Assembly (NCBI GenBank): GCA_049516015.1
Contig: JBEKTN010000042.1
Coordinates: forward strand, 2,930 to 66,929
DNA length: 64,000 nt
Reading direction: 5' to 3'
Source of the DNA: Isosphaeraceae bacterium
Lineage (GTDB): Bacteria > Planctomycetota > Planctomycetia > Isosphaerales > Isosphaeraceae
Shown here: positions 40,019 through 50,848 of the stretch, piece by piece
How the letters are laid out: each line of letters starts with the position of its first letter
Position numbering within the stretch: position 1 is the stretch's first letter
Translations under genes and position numbers: made by a program
The notes under the pieces: generated by a model
Seen by the model: only the letters and a program-made list of their open reading frames with translations
Told to the model about the DNA's origin: nothing
Database searches by the model: none

Positions 40019-40667
40019 CCTTTCATCGACTGAGGAAGCAAATCCTCTCACCCGACGATGCGTGTCGAGCCGCCCTGTCGTTCCGGAAACGAGATCTTCC
40101 AGAGTCACGCAATCGCCGAGGTCCGGAACCAGGGCGATGTCCAACACGGTTGGCAGTGAGGTGCAGGACCTGGAATTCGCCCGACAGGCGGACCTGGGCT
40201 GGCTCGCTCGGCTCGATGGATGCCAACTACGAATCAACCCACTATCATTCGGAGTACGGTCTGTGGTAGATTAATTGCCGAAAGGAATCATGTCGGGAGA
40301 AATCGCGAGGCGAAGAGGCCGTTGGCGACCCCTGAGCTTGGTCTTTGAGCGGTGAGTAGCCGGGTGTGGACTTCGACGTGCCGGAGGCTGCACGCGCGAC
40401 CATATTTCCGGTCGAGCCACTTGCGGTGAGGCTGAAGTTCGAGCGGGTTCTCCTCAGCGGAAAGCTCCGATACGATCCAGCGATCATGTGCCAATTCCTG
40501 GGACTTTGCTCCCAACCGCCGGTGGGTCTTCGACCGGCTTGACGCCCTTACAGACACCCAGTTCAGAGTCATTTCCGTGCACGGAGGATTTCCCAGGACA
40601 AGAAAAGACCTGGGGTTGGTACCGGATGCCTTAGCCCAGACTCCCCGAGACGCATCTGGAGACTTCC

Positions 40668-41726
40668 GTGCTCTATATCTTCTGCTGGATGATCGCGTTG
40701 GCGACCTACGAACCGGGTGGGGCGGAAGCGACCGACTGGTTGAAACCGCCCATCTGGTATGGCAATTATTGGGGCCCGGCAGCGAACCGCGCCCGCTCGG
40801 CCGGGACTCTCCCGCCGCTGCCGTCGAACCCGGAAATGGCCCGCTGGCATCGATGGGGACGCGAGGTGCTCCACCAGGGAGACATCGTCTTCCGGCTGGG
40901 CGATGCACGCGTCATTCGCGGCATGGCTCCCCTCAGCCGGTTCATCGCTCGTGCGACCGGCAGCCCCTTCTCGCACACCGGCATCGTCGCGATCGAGGAC
41001 GGATCGCCGGTCGTTTATGACTGCTCGGCCGCGGGAGTCCAGCGCCAGCCGTTCGAGGTCTGGATGCTCGACAGTTTGGGAGCCCTGGGCGTGAAGCGGC
41101 TGAAGCCGGAGCACCGCAAGCGCATTGGCGGCGTGATCGATTATTGCCGCGTCGCGTTCGAGCGGCAGGTTCCCTTCGATAATGGCTTCCGCATGGAGGA
41201 TGACTCGCTGTACTGTTTGGAGCTCACCGAGAAGGCGTTCCGGTCGCAGGGCCTGGCACTCTCCGAGCCTGTCCGGATTGGCGACTGGGAGTACCTGGCG
41301 AGCTTTCCTCTGACCGCCTTGCTGATCCCGCCTGTAACCGGATTGGTGCTGGATCGCCCGATCACACTCGAGCAGCCGGTTTACGTCCCCGGCAACGAGC
41401 GGCAGGGCGTGTGGGCGTCTCCGTTGCTCGAAACCGTGTTTGGCCCGGCCCCGAAGGTGTTTCAGGATGCGGCCCCTGGGGAGCCCGGCCGCCTGAATCT
41501 CAAGGGAGATCTGGATCTCCTCGTCTTCACCTTCTGCGAAGTGCGCCGTTCTTACGCCCAGCTTCCCGCTCGATTGCTTTGCGACCTGGTCCTTCAGATG
41601 AAAGCCCGTGGGCCCCTCCAGGCCAGTGGTCGGGAGGTACAACGGGCGAGCCTGGAAAATGAAGTCGCTTGCCGCAGGCCGACTCCGGCAGGTTCGTTGA
41701 AACGCATCGAAGGTGATTCGGACTAA
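40668..41726 (+). CDS. YiiX/YebB-like permuted papain-fold (NlpC/P60) protein
   Basis: LHQGDIVFR, SPFSHTGIV, PFD..F...SLYCLELTEKAF. Confidence 0.82.
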   Translation: MLYIFCWMIALATYEPGGAEATDWLKPPIWYGNYWGPAANRARSAGTLPPLPSNPEMARWHRWGREVLHQGDIVFRLGDARVIRGMAPLSRFIARATGSPFSHTGIVAIEDGSPVVYDCSAAGVQRQPFEVWMLDSLGALGVKRLKPEHRKRIGGVIDYCRVAFERQVPFDNGFRMEDDSLYCLELTEKAFRSQGLALSEPVRIGDWEYLASFPLTALLIPPVTGLVLDRPITLEQPVYVPGNERQGVWASPLLETVFGPAPKVFQDAAPGEPGRLNLKGDLDLLVFTFCEVRRSYAQLPARLLCDLVLQMKARGPLQASGREVQRASLENEVACRRPTPAGSLKRIEGDSD

Positions 41727-41934
41727 TCCCGAAACTCCCCTCGGCAGAGACCTCGAGCGATCGAATAGTTCCCATTGCGTCGAATCGTCAAGCTGTGGGA
41801 CTCAACTCACGCGGGCCGCGATTCGTCGAATGGGCCGCATTGCCCGTTCCAGATCGGAGAACAACTTCATTGTGAGCCTGGTACCGTACCAGACTCGAAA
41901 TCCACCGAGAACTCGAGAGACAGGAGGAACGACG

Positions 41935-42759
41935 ATGACCAAGCTACACATTCTGGGAGTCCCCGCTCTAGTCCTCGTGCTGCTGGCTCCCGACGCCATG
42001 GCTCAAAGGCGCGGGGGCGGGGGCGGGGCGGTCAGTGGCGGCGTGCGCGGAGCGATGGTCGGTGGACTCGTTGGGGGGAGCGAAGGAGCGGAGACCGGTG
42101 CCAAAGTTGGCGCGGTTGCCGGCGCTACGCGAGCCGCCGTTGATCGAGAAGCTCAGAGGCGTGCCGAATACCAGACGAGCGCTGAATACCAGAATGCTCC
42201 TCGCTCGGATTTCAATACAGCACCGCCACAGGTGCTGGCCACCGCCCCACCGGCAGCGGCGACGGCCCCACCGGCCGCGACCGCGCCGGCGGCTGCGGCG
42301 ACAGCGTCCGGCGGAGAGGCCCTCATTCGCAAGGATGGTAAGCCCGTGATTGGGATCACCTATCCCTCGGATTGGAAGCAGATCACCGGAGACCGCTATG
42401 TCTCCGCCGTCAGTGCGGATGGCCAAGCTTACTCGATGATCGCCACCCTGGAGGGGGCAGCGGACAAGCAAACAGGCATCGCGAAGGTCAAGCACGGGCT
42501 CGAACAGTATCTTCAGGACATCAAGTACGACGACCTGACAGAGACGAAACGCGGTGCACTCGTGGTCACTGGTACGGGAAAGGGGAAGAAGTCCGGCGTC
42601 GCCGTGGTGTTCGCAGCAGGGGTTTTCGATACAGGCGCAGGGCAACTCGCCGGAGCGGCATTTGTCGTCGACGCCCGCATCGAAGAGCACTACAAAGAAA
42701 CGGTCCGCCAGATCTGCCAGACGATTCGCGTCGCTGACCAGTTCGTGGAGAAGAAGTAG
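41935..42759 (+). CDS. Secreted glycine-zipper hypothetical protein
   Basis: AGGAGG SD, signal peptide, GAMVGGLVGG...GAKVGAVAG, Ala/Pro linker. Confidence 0.8.
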   Translation: MTKLHILGVPALVLVLLAPDAMAQRRGGGGGAVSGGVRGAMVGGLVGGSEGAETGAKVGAVAGATRAAVDREAQRRAEYQTSAEYQNAPRSDFNTAPPQVLATAPPAAATAPPAATAPAAAATASGGEALIRKDGKPVIGITYPSDWKQITGDRYVSAVSADGQAYSMIATLEGAADKQTGIAKVKHGLEQYLQDIKYDDLTETKRGALVVTGTGKGKKSGVAVVFAAGVFDTGAGQLAGAAFVVDARIEEHYKETVRQICQTIRVADQFVEKK

Positions 42760-42777
42760 GATCTGCTGAAGAGGAGA

Positions 42778-42803
42778 CCGGGGGGACGGTTCACGTCCCC
42801 CGG
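42778..42803 (+). terminator. GC hairpin after the gene; a related inverted copy lies at ~49489-49517
   Basis: ccggggggacggttcacgtcccccgg. Confidence 0.45.
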
Positions 42804-43082
42804 CGCGGCGGCTTGCTCCGGGCTCCCAGGGTTTTCGGCCTTCAGTCCAGCGATTCCCGTGATTTCCCAGAATGGGGGAGACCCAACAGTCGTGTTACGA
42901 TCCGCCGCTTGGCGGCTGAGCGAGCTCTCCTTTCATTACGCCGCTGGGCTGTCCGGTAGAGTTCATCTGTCAGAAACGACCTAGCCCTTGCTGCCCTCTG
43001 AACGGGGCCGGATAATACACCTCGCTTCGCGGTGTTGCACTGACAGTGTGGTCGAATCAACGGATCATTGGGAGGGTCCGCG

Positions 43083-44171
43083 ATGAAGAGGAGAACGTTC
43101 TGGGTCCTCGCGCTCGCACTCCTCGCCGGTGGCGGGGTCCTCGGTTGGCAGTCCTACCAGGCCCGGCTCAACGCCCTGCCGCCCGGGTTTGCCGCAGGCA
43201 ATGGGCGGGTCGAGTCGGTCCAGGTGGACGTGACCACCAAGGAACCGGGCCGGGTCGAGACGATCCTCGTCCACGAGGGGAACATGGTCCATACCGGTCA
43301 GGTCGTCGCCAAGATGGATACTGTCACACTCAATGCGGAGCTGGCGCGAGCCCAGGCGAACGTCGCCGCGGAGGAGGCGAAGGGCTTAGAGGTCCAAGCC
43401 GACATCGCGCAGGCTGATAGCCAGCTGAAGCTGGCCGAAGTCGAGTTGGCGAGAGAGCGCAACCTCTTTGCCCGCAAGGCCACCTCGCGCGAGGATTACG
43501 ACATCAAGGAGACCATGGCCAAGACTCGCCGCGCGGCGCTCGACGGCGAGAAGGCCCGGCTCAACACGGCCCGGAAGTCGGTCGAAGCAGCCAAGGCCGA
43601 GGCGGCAAAGATCCAGTCGCGGATCGACGACATGACCCTCAAGTCCACCGTCGAGGGTCGCGTCCTCTACCGGCTTGCCGAGGAGGGCGAGGTGCTGGGC
43701 AGCGGAGGCAAGGTCCTCACCCTCGTGAACCTCGGCGATGTGTACATGGAGATCTACCTGCCGGCTCATGACGCCGTGAAGGCAAAACTCGGGGCCGACG
43801 CCCGGATCGTCCTGGACGTCGCCCCGGAGTACGCCGCGCGCGCCAAGGTGACCTTTGTCGCCCCGGAGGCCCAGTTCACGCCCAAGGAAGTTGAGACCCG
43901 GAGCGAGCGCGACAAGCTGATGTTCCGCGTGAAGCTGAGCGTCCCCCCCGAGCGCATCCTGCCCGTCATCGAGCGGATCAAGACCGGCATTCGCGGCGTC
44001 GGCTACGTCCGGCTTGACGACTCGGCGGCCTGGCCCGAACGGCTCGATCGCCCCTTCCCGGGGCCCGCCCCCGCCCCGCCCGCGGCGGCCGGAAAACCGG
44101 AGAGCGGTAACGTCGCCGAAGGCCAAGGGGCCCCGGCCACTCGACCGGAAACGCCGGCCCCCCGACCCTGA
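43083..44171 (+). CDS. HlyD/YhiI-like membrane fusion protein
   Basis: GFAAGNGRVE, FVAPEAQFTPKEVETRSERDKLMFRVK. Confidence 0.92.
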   Translation: MKRRTFWVLALALLAGGGVLGWQSYQARLNALPPGFAAGNGRVESVQVDVTTKEPGRVETILVHEGNMVHTGQVVAKMDTVTLNAELARAQANVAAEEAKGLEVQADIAQADSQLKLAEVELARERNLFARKATSREDYDIKETMAKTRRAALDGEKARLNTARKSVEAAKAEAAKIQSRIDDMTLKSTVEGRVLYRLAEEGEVLGSGGKVLTLVNLGDVYMEIYLPAHDAVKAKLGADARIVLDVAPEYAARAKVTFVAPEAQFTPKEVETRSERDKLMFRVKLSVPPERILPVIERIKTGIRGVGYVRLDDSAAWPERLDRPFPGPAPAPPAAAGKPESGNVAEGQGAPATRPETPAPRP

Positions 44172-44185
44172 CGGAGGGCGACGCG

Positions 44186-46987
44186 ATGTCCTCCCCCAAC
44201 ATGAGCGTCTCCACCCCTCCGAGCCGTGACACGGCGCCGGTGGTATCGGTCCGAGGCGTCGCGCACACTTACGGGACTACCCGCGCGCTCGACGCGCTGG
44301 ACCTCGACATCCCCGCCGGATGCATGGTCGGCCTGATCGGCCCCGACGGCGTCGGCAAGTCCACGCTCATGGGCCTGATCGCCGGCTCGAAGAAGATCCA
44401 GGCGGGCTCGGTCCGCGTCCTCGGCGGCGACATGGCCGAGCCCGCCCACCGCGACTCCGCCTGCCCACGCATTGCCTTCATGCCCCAGGGCTTGGGCAAG
44501 AACCTCTACCTCGAGCTCAGCGTCTTCGAGAACATCGACTTCTTCGCCAGGCTCTTCGGCGTGCCCGACGCTGAGCGTGCCGGCCGCATCCGCGCCCTGC
44601 TCGACGCCACGGGCCTGGGGCCGTTCCCCGACCGCCCCGCCGGCAAGCTCTCCGGCGGCATGAAGCAGAAGGTGGGCCTCTGCGGCGCCCTGATCCACGA
44701 CCCGGACCTGCTCATCCTCGACGAGCCGACCACCGGCGTCGATCCTCTCTCCCGCCAGCAATTCTGGTCCCTCATCGATCGCATCCGCGCCGAACGGCCC
44801 GGCATGAGCGTCCTGGTCTCCACCGCCTACATGGACGAGGCCCAGCGCTTCGACTGGACTATCGCCATGGACGCCGGCCGCGTCATCGCCACCGGCACTC
44901 CCGCCCAGCTCATGGAACGCACCGGCGCCGCGAACCTGGAGGACGCGTTCGTCGCGCTGCTGCCGGGCGCCGAGGCGGGCGGTCGCCGCGCCCTGCAGAT
45001 CCCTCCTCGCGTGGACCCCGGGGGGGAACCCGCCATCCAGGCCACCGACCTCACCAAGCGGTTCGGCTCCTTCACCGCCGTGAACCGCGTCAGCTTCGCC
45101 ATCGGCCGCGGCGAGATCTTCGGCTTCCTCGGCTCCAACGGTTGCGGCAAGTCCACCACGATGAAGATGCTGACCGGCCTCCTCCCCGCCACCGAGGGCC
45201 AGGCCAGGCTCTTCGGCGATCCCGTGGACGCCGACGACCTGGCCACGCGCAAGCGCGTCGGCTACATGTCGCAGGCCTTCTCCCTCTACGGCGAGCTCAC
45301 GGTCCGTCAGAACCTCGAACTCCACGCCCGCATCTTCGACCTCCCTCGCGACCGCAACCGCGCCCGGATCGACGAGCTGGTCGATCGGTTCGGCCTCCGG
45401 GCCCATCTCGACGCCGCCTCGGAGGAGCTCCCTCTGGGACTCAAGCAACGGCTATCCCTGGCCGTCGCAGTTCTTCACGAACCCGACATGCTCCTGCTCG
45501 ATGAGCCTACCTCCGGCGTCGATCCCGTCGCCCGCGATGAGTTCTGGGAGCTCCTCATTGACCTCTCCCGCCGCCAGGGCGTCACGATCTTCGTCTCCAC
45601 CCATTTCATGAACGAGGCCCTGCGCTGCGACCGTATCTCCCTGATGCACGCCGGCACTGTCCTCGCCTGCGACACCCCGGCCCAGCTCATGGCCAGCCGC
45701 GGTACCGACGACCTGGAGGCCGCCTTCATCGGTTACATCGCCGACGCCGCCAGCCAGGCGCCGGAATCGAAGAACAAGGACGGAGCCGACACCGACGCCT
45801 CGGCCCTCGCGACTCCAGCCGCCCCGGCGGCCCCCGCGCACGACCACGATGCCAGGCCCGGGTTCCGCCTGGGACGGATGCTCGCCTACAGCCGGCGCGA
45901 GGCCCAGGAGATCGAGCGCGACCCGGTCCGCCTCCTGTTCGCCTTCGTCGGCTCCGCCCTCATGATGCTCGCCTTCGGCTTCGGCATCACCACCGACGTC
46001 GAGAACATCCGCTTCGCCGACCTCGACCTCGACCGCTCTCCGGAGAGCCGCGCCTACCTCTCGGCCTTCGAGGGCTCCCGGTACTTCGTCCCCCACCCGC
46101 CGGGCCAGACCCCCGATGAGATGGAGCTCAGGCTCAAATCACATGAGATCGAAGTCGCCCTGGAGGTCGCGTCCAACTTCGGCCGAAACCTCCAACAGAG
46201 CAATCCGGGCGAGGTCACCGCCTGGGTCGACGGCGCGCCCACCAACCGCGCCGAGAGCCTTCGCCAGTACGTCGTGGGCGTGCACAACAACTTCCTGCGC
46301 GAGCAGGGACGGAGCAGTCCCAGGGTGCTGCCCGGCAAGGCCGCGTTCGATGTGGAGACACGCTTCGTCTACAACCCCACATTCGAGAGTCTCTATGCGA
46401 TCGTCCCCAGCGTGCCGGCCATCTTGTTGATCCTGATCCCCGCGATCCTGATGGCCGTCAGCATCGTCCGAGAGAAGGAACTGGGCTCGATCATCAACTT
46501 CTATGTCACACCCACCCGGCGCATCGAGTTCCTGGTCGGCAAGCAGGTCCCCTACATCGTCATCGGCATGATCAACCACGTCCTCCTGCTGCTGATGGCG
46601 GTCGCTGTCTTCGGCGTGCCGCTGAAGGGCAGCGGCTGGATGCTGACGGTCTGCGCCCTGCTCTACGTCACGGCGACCACGTCTCTGGGCATGCTCGTTG
46701 CCACCTTCACCTCCAGCCAGGTGGCGGCCGTGTTCATCACGGCGATCCTCACCATCCTGCCGACCACCCAGTTCTCGGGGATGCTCCAACCCGTCTCCAC
46801 CCTGGACGGCGGCGCCCGGGTCCTCGGCACGATCTGGCCCACCACCTACTACATGCACGCCAGCGTCGGAGCCTTCACGAAGGGCCTGGGGGCCGAAGGC
46901 CTCTGGATCGACGCCCTCGCCCTGGCCGCCTTCATCCCCGTCCTGATTGGCTTCAGCGTCGCGGGCCTGCCCCGCCAGGAGACCTAA
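44186..46987 (+). CDS. rbbA: RbbA-type ABC protein (two ATPase domains + ABC-2 permease)
   Basis: GPDGVGKST, MPQGLGKNLY, GSNGCGKSTT, LPLGLKQRLSLA, VREKELGSIINFYVTP. Confidence 0.9.
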   Translation: MSSPNMSVSTPPSRDTAPVVSVRGVAHTYGTTRALDALDLDIPAGCMVGLIGPDGVGKSTLMGLIAGSKKIQAGSVRVLGGDMAEPAHRDSACPRIAFMPQGLGKNLYLELSVFENIDFFARLFGVPDAERAGRIRALLDATGLGPFPDRPAGKLSGGMKQKVGLCGALIHDPDLLILDEPTTGVDPLSRQQFWSLIDRIRAERPGMSVLVSTAYMDEAQRFDWTIAMDAGRVIATGTPAQLMERTGAANLEDAFVALLPGAEAGGRRALQIPPRVDPGGEPAIQATDLTKRFGSFTAVNRVSFAIGRGEIFGFLGSNGCGKSTTMKMLTGLLPATEGQARLFGDPVDADDLATRKRVGYMSQAFSLYGELTVRQNLELHARIFDLPRDRNRARIDELVDRFGLRAHLDAASEELPLGLKQRLSLAVAVLHEPDMLLLDEPTSGVDPVARDEFWELLIDLSRRQGVTIFVSTHFMNEALRCDRISLMHAGTVLACDTPAQLMASRGTDDLEAAFIGYIADAASQAPESKNKDGADTDASALATPAAPAAPAHDHDARPGFRLGRMLAYSRREAQEIERDPVRLLFAFVGSALMMLAFGFGITTDVENIRFADLDLDRSPESRAYLSAFEGSRYFVPHPPGQTPDEMELRLKSHEIEVALEVASNFGRNLQQSNPGEVTAWVDGAPTNRAESLRQYVVGVHNNFLREQGRSSPRVLPGKAAFDVETRFVYNPTFESLYAIVPSVPAILLILIPAILMAVSIVREKELGSIINFYVTPTRRIEFLVGKQVPYIVIGMINHVLLLLMAVAVFGVPLKGSGWMLTVCALLYVTATTSLGMLVATFTSSQVAAVFITAILTILPTTQFSGMLQPVSTLDGGARVLGTIWPTTYYMHASVGAFTKGLGAEGLWIDALALAAFIPVLIGFSVAGLPRQET

Positions 46988-46989
46988 CC

Positions 46990-48114
46990 ATGGGTCGCGC
47001 CGCCAATATACTCTGGCTCGGTCTCAAGGAGTTGCGCAGCCTGGCGAGCGACCCCGTGCTCGTCGCCTTCATCCTGTACGCGTTCACTCTGGCGATCATC
47101 TCGCAGGCCCGCGGCGTCAAGTCCGAGGTCAACAACGCCAGCCTCGCCTTCATCGACGAGGACCAGTCTCAGCTCTCCAAGGAGCTGATCGCTGCGTTCT
47201 ACCCACCCCGCTTCCAGCATCCCCAGATCATCACATCAGGCGAGGCCACCGCCGCAATGGACCGCGGTCGTTACATGTTCATCGTCGCCATCCCACCCCG
47301 GTTTGAACTCGACCTTCGACGCGGCCGGCCCGCCGAGATCCAGGTCGATGTGGACGCCACCGCCATGATGCAGGCCAGCATCGGGGCCGGCTACATCAAG
47401 AACATCCTGATCGACCGCGTCAACTCGTTCATCCACCGTACGGACGCTAAGCCGGAACTTCCCCTCCGCGTCGTCATCCGCAAAGCCTTCAACCCCAACG
47501 GCGACGCCTCCTGGTTCGGCGCCATCGTCGCCCTCGTCAATCAGATCACCACGCTCACCGTGGTCTTGACCGGGGCCGCACTAATCAGGGAGCGCGAGCA
47601 CGGCACCATTGAGCATCTCCTCACGCTGCCTCTGACCCCGTTCGAGATCGCCATGTCCAAGGTCTGGGCCAACGGCCTGGTCATCCTCACGGCCGTCGCC
47701 GCCTCGATGTACGTGGTCGTCCGCACCCTGCTGGATGTGCCCATCGCCGGCTCGCTCCCGCTGTTCTTCCTCGGCGTCGTGCTCTACCTGTTCTTCGCCA
47801 CGGCGCTGGGGCTCTACCTCGGCACAATCTCCCGCTCGATGGCCCAGTTCGCGCTCCTGATCATCCTGGTCATCATCGTCCTGCAACTCCTGTCGGGCGG
47901 CAGCACGCCCGTGGAGAGCCAGCCGCTGTGGATGCAGCGGCTCACGCTGTTGCTCCCCTCGCGCCACTTCGTCGCCTTCTCCCAGGCCATCATCTTCCGG
48001 GGCGCAGGGATCGAGACCGTCTGGCCACAGTTCCTCGCGGTCGCCGCCATCGGCCTGGCCTTCTTCGCCTTCAGCATTGGCCAGTTCCGCAAGTCCATCG
48101 CTGTGACCAAGTAG
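46990..48114 (+). CDS. ABC-2 permease (YhhJ-like)
   Basis: LGLKELRSL, DATAMMQA, TGAALIREREHGTIEHLL, LLSGGSTPVES. Confidence 0.92.
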   Translation: MGRAANILWLGLKELRSLASDPVLVAFILYAFTLAIISQARGVKSEVNNASLAFIDEDQSQLSKELIAAFYPPRFQHPQIITSGEATAAMDRGRYMFIVAIPPRFELDLRRGRPAEIQVDVDATAMMQASIGAGYIKNILIDRVNSFIHRTDAKPELPLRVVIRKAFNPNGDASWFGAIVALVNQITTLTVVLTGAALIREREHGTIEHLLTLPLTPFEIAMSKVWANGLVILTAVAASMYVVVRTLLDVPIAGSLPLFFLGVVLYLFFATALGLYLGTISRSMAQFALLIILVIIVLQLLSGGSTPVESQPLWMQRLTLLLPSRHFVAFSQAIIFRGAGIETVWPQFLAVAAIGLAFFAFSIGQFRKSIAVTK

Positions 48115-48126
48115 GTCTCTTCAGAG

Positions 48127-48807
48127 CTATTCGGTACCATCCAGGGCCTCAGGCTCGCCACCTCCCGACAGCATCTCGGTCATCGTGCCCTTGATACCGG
48201 CAACTGCCCTCCGGTCGCCCAGAACCCGCCCGGCGAGTGCACCCGCCCCGGCACCGGACCGGGTCAGGCAGGCCAGCAGGTTCAGCATCGAGACGTCGAG
48301 GGGCCTTACCCGCGTGACCTCGACAATGCGAACGGATCCGGTCGTAGGCGTGGGCGAGTCGGGCAGGAAGACAGTGCAGAACCCCGGGGGCTCCCGCTCG
48401 ACCAGCAGGGCGAACGCCCAGCCGTCATCGGTCTCCACCAGCGAAGGTTCCGGCCGCATTTCCGTACTCAGGCCCGGGAAGCTACCCACCGCCCCCCGCA
48501 CCAGGAAATACCCCGGCACCCGGTAGAGAACAGTGCGCTCCAGGCGGTCGCTGAGCAGACGACCAGGCCGCGTGCCGACGAAGAGGCCCGCGATCAGGAA
48601 GAGCACGATGATCGCCATGATCGAGACCAGGTCCTCGGCCAGGATGCCGAAGAAACGGTCCGCGGGGAGCAGCCGGGAGACCGGCTGGGAGAGCCGGCGG
48701 AGCATCTGGTAGCCCTCTCGTGCCAGCACGGCGACGAGCACGAGAGGGACCAGAAAAAGGATGCCTTGCACGAGCGTGACCAGGAGGAACCGGCCGACGT
48801 GTCGCAT
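48127..48807 (-). CDS. DUF502-like membrane protein
   Basis: GILFLVPLV, RVPGY, TVFLPDSPTPTTGSV. Confidence 0.8.
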   Translation of the reverse strand: MRHVGRFLLVTLVQGILFLVPLVLVAVLAREGYQMLRRLSQPVSRLLPADRFFGILAEDLVSIMAIIVLFLIAGLFVGTRPGRLLSDRLERTVLYRVPGYFLVRGAVGSFPGLSTEMRPEPSLVETDDGWAFALLVEREPPGFCTVFLPDSPTPTTGSVRIVEVTRVRPLDVSMLNLLACLTRSGAGAGALAGRVLGDRRAVAGIKGTMTEMLSGGGEPEALDGTE

Positions 48808-48911
48808 GGACGATTGGCCCTTCACAGCAGCCGCCGCCTACACCGCCAGGAGTGAGCCCGTGGGTCCAGGCGGGCGCGCCACCGCAGGGTGATCGGAGAA
48901 CCTGTGGACGG

Positions 48912-49286
48912 TCAGCGCCCGGGGCCAAAGCCGCCGGCGCCCAGGCCGGGCCGCACCCCTATCCCGGACGCCGGCCCACCGAGGCCGCCCGGGTTGTAGC
49001 CGGGCCGGCCGAAGTCGTACCCGTAGCCGGGCTGGCCGTACCCGCTGGGATAGCCGGCCGTTCCGCCGGTATACCCGCCGCCAGTGTAGTAACCCCCGTC
49101 CGTCGTGACGTAGCCGCCCTGGGCCGTGGAGTAGACCGTGGGGCTCCCGTAGGTGTACCCCGATTGGTTGCAGCACGGGTTGGGCTGGCAAGCCCGGCGG
49201 CGCCAGTGGCACGCCTCCGATGATGTCGTCCACAGGACGACCAGCATCGAGGCGATCAGCAGACTTCCCTTCAAGTTGCGCGTCAT
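48912..49286 (-). CDS. Small secreted Cys-headed Gly/Tyr-rich protein
   Basis: GGGAG SD; signal peptide ending SEA; CHWRRRAC..PCC then a G/Y/P low-complexity tail. Confidence 0.7.
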   Translation of the reverse strand: MTRNLKGSLLIASMLVVLWTTSSEACHWRRRACQPNPCCNQSGYTYGSPTVYSTAQGGYVTTDGGYYTGGGYTGGTAGYPSGYGQPGYGYDFGRPGYNPGGLGGPASGIGVRPGLGAGGFGPGR

Positions 49287-49547
49287 GATGTGTCTCCCAC
49301 GGGACCGTGTGCGCTCGCGCAGAAAGCACACCCTCCTTGTGCATGGCGAAGTTGCGTAGTTCCCGTGATCGCCAACCTAATCTGCCCCATCCTCAAAATC
49401 CAGCCAGTCGCAGCAAACGTCAAGATTTGTCGTATCAAGCATGCTTCAGGTTATCATCATCTCCGGGACTCGGGGCGATCATCAGAAGCCCCGGGGGACG
49501 TGAATTGCCCCCCGGGCCTGGCGGCTGACGTTTGGCTCCGCCTGAGC

Positions 49548-50669
49548 TTACCACGCTTTCATGAACCAGAAGATCATACCAATCTCGCCGACTCGATCCT
49601 TGGTCACGGGCGTTGGTAGACCGGCCAGGAAATACCAGTCGTTTCCCAGGTGGGTTCGCATGCCGGGGGTCAGCGTCATGCTGGTCTGATTACTGTTGGC
49701 GAGGGAGGTGTTGACCACCGCTGAGAGGTAGAGGGTGAAGTCGCCGAACAGCGGCACGTCATGATCCGTGAATGTGTTGCCGATGGCGAGCTGGCTGATC
49801 AGGTTATCCCCACTGCCGTTCATCGGGATCCCGAGACCGAGCCCGCCCCGGATCACCCAACCGCCCGCGGGGTTGTTCCAGAAGCCGAAGGCCGGCACCA
49901 GGGTGGTTGTTTTCCCAGCGAGGGGCTGGGTGCCGGTCGGGGTCACCACGGCCATTTCGGCTGTGAGCGAGAAGTCCTTCGTCTCGTGCAGCAAGAAGCG
50001 GGGCGTGAACGACATATCGCCAAACCCGCTGTGGCTCGTCGTCGTCGCCGTCGCCCTCGGATTGTTCGGGTCCAGGATGGGCAAGCCGGTGCTGGCATTG
50101 TTTCTGATCACGAAGGGGACGTTGATGATCAGCTCCAGGCGACGGCTCAGCGGCGTCAAGAGCGTGTAGGAACCGAGGTAGGCGTTGCCCTTCGGAGCGC
50201 TGTTGAACGCCTGAGCGAACGTGAAGAACCACAGCCGGTACAGGTTGCCGTCCATGGCATTGATCCAGCCTTGACGGGGCGCGCCCCCTGAACCATTGGG
50301 CGATGGCACCCAGGCTTCGTTCCAGCCCTCGCTGAAGAACGTCGAGAGCGGCAGCGGCCGCCAGGTGTTCGGATCGGGCTGGCCGAAGATCGACTCGGTG
50401 ATCGTGTCGAAAAGCCCCATCTGGACGATGGGAGCGGTCGGCGCATTGCCTGCACCGGCATAGTAGGAAGGGACGGCACCTGTCGGCTGGGTGAAGGTCG
50501 GCTGGGCGAACGCCCCCGGCCCACCGACGACCGAGGCGAAATCCGAGGGGGGAGTCGGATTCGGCAACGAAGGAGTCTGGGCCTGCGCCGCAGTGGCGAT
50601 CGCCCCGGCCAGCGCTGTCGCGATGATCAAGACCCGAGGGCCTTGTTGAATTCCTTGGCTTCCTGCCAT
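49548..50669 (-). CDS. Putative outer-membrane beta-barrel/transporter-like protein
   Basis: Signal peptide, SGFGDMSFTPR...VTPTG, alternating strands, C-terminal Trp. Confidence 0.65.
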   Translation of the reverse strand: MAGSQGIQQGPRVLIIATALAGAIATAAQAQTPSLPNPTPPSDFASVVGGPGAFAQPTFTQPTGAVPSYYAGAGNAPTAPIVQMGLFDTITESIFGQPDPNTWRPLPLSTFFSEGWNEAWVPSPNGSGGAPRQGWINAMDGNLYRLWFFTFAQAFNSAPKGNAYLGSYTLLTPLSRRLELIINVPFVIRNNASTGLPILDPNNPRATATTTSHSGFGDMSFTPRFLLHETKDFSLTAEMAVVTPTGTQPLAGKTTTLVPAFGFWNNPAGGWVIRGGLGLGIPMNGSGDNLISQLAIGNTFTDHDVPLFGDFTLYLSAVVNTSLANSNQTSMTLTPGMRTHLGNDWYFLAGLPTPVTKDRVGEIGMIFWFMKAW

Positions 50670-50681
50670 AGGACTTGTCCT

Positions 50682-50840
50682 TGTCGAGTTTTCCTATTGG
50701 GGGAAAAGTGAGGAGGGCCTGGGTCCACGCGATTCGCCAATTCCTGGCGATGGAGGGCAGATCCGAGCCGCCTCGGCGCGAGGTTGTTATCAGTCTTCGG
50801 ACGGGCAGTGGTGTTTCTTGAGTTGGTTGAACAAAACGGC
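50682..50840 (-). repeat. Copy A of ~160-bp non-coding direct repeat (leader of the 49548-50669 gene)
   Basis: Aligns with 52841-52998, e.g. attgggggaaaagtgagg and cagatccgagcygcctcggcgcgaggttgt. Confidence 0.85.
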
Positions 50841-50848
50841 GCTTCATA

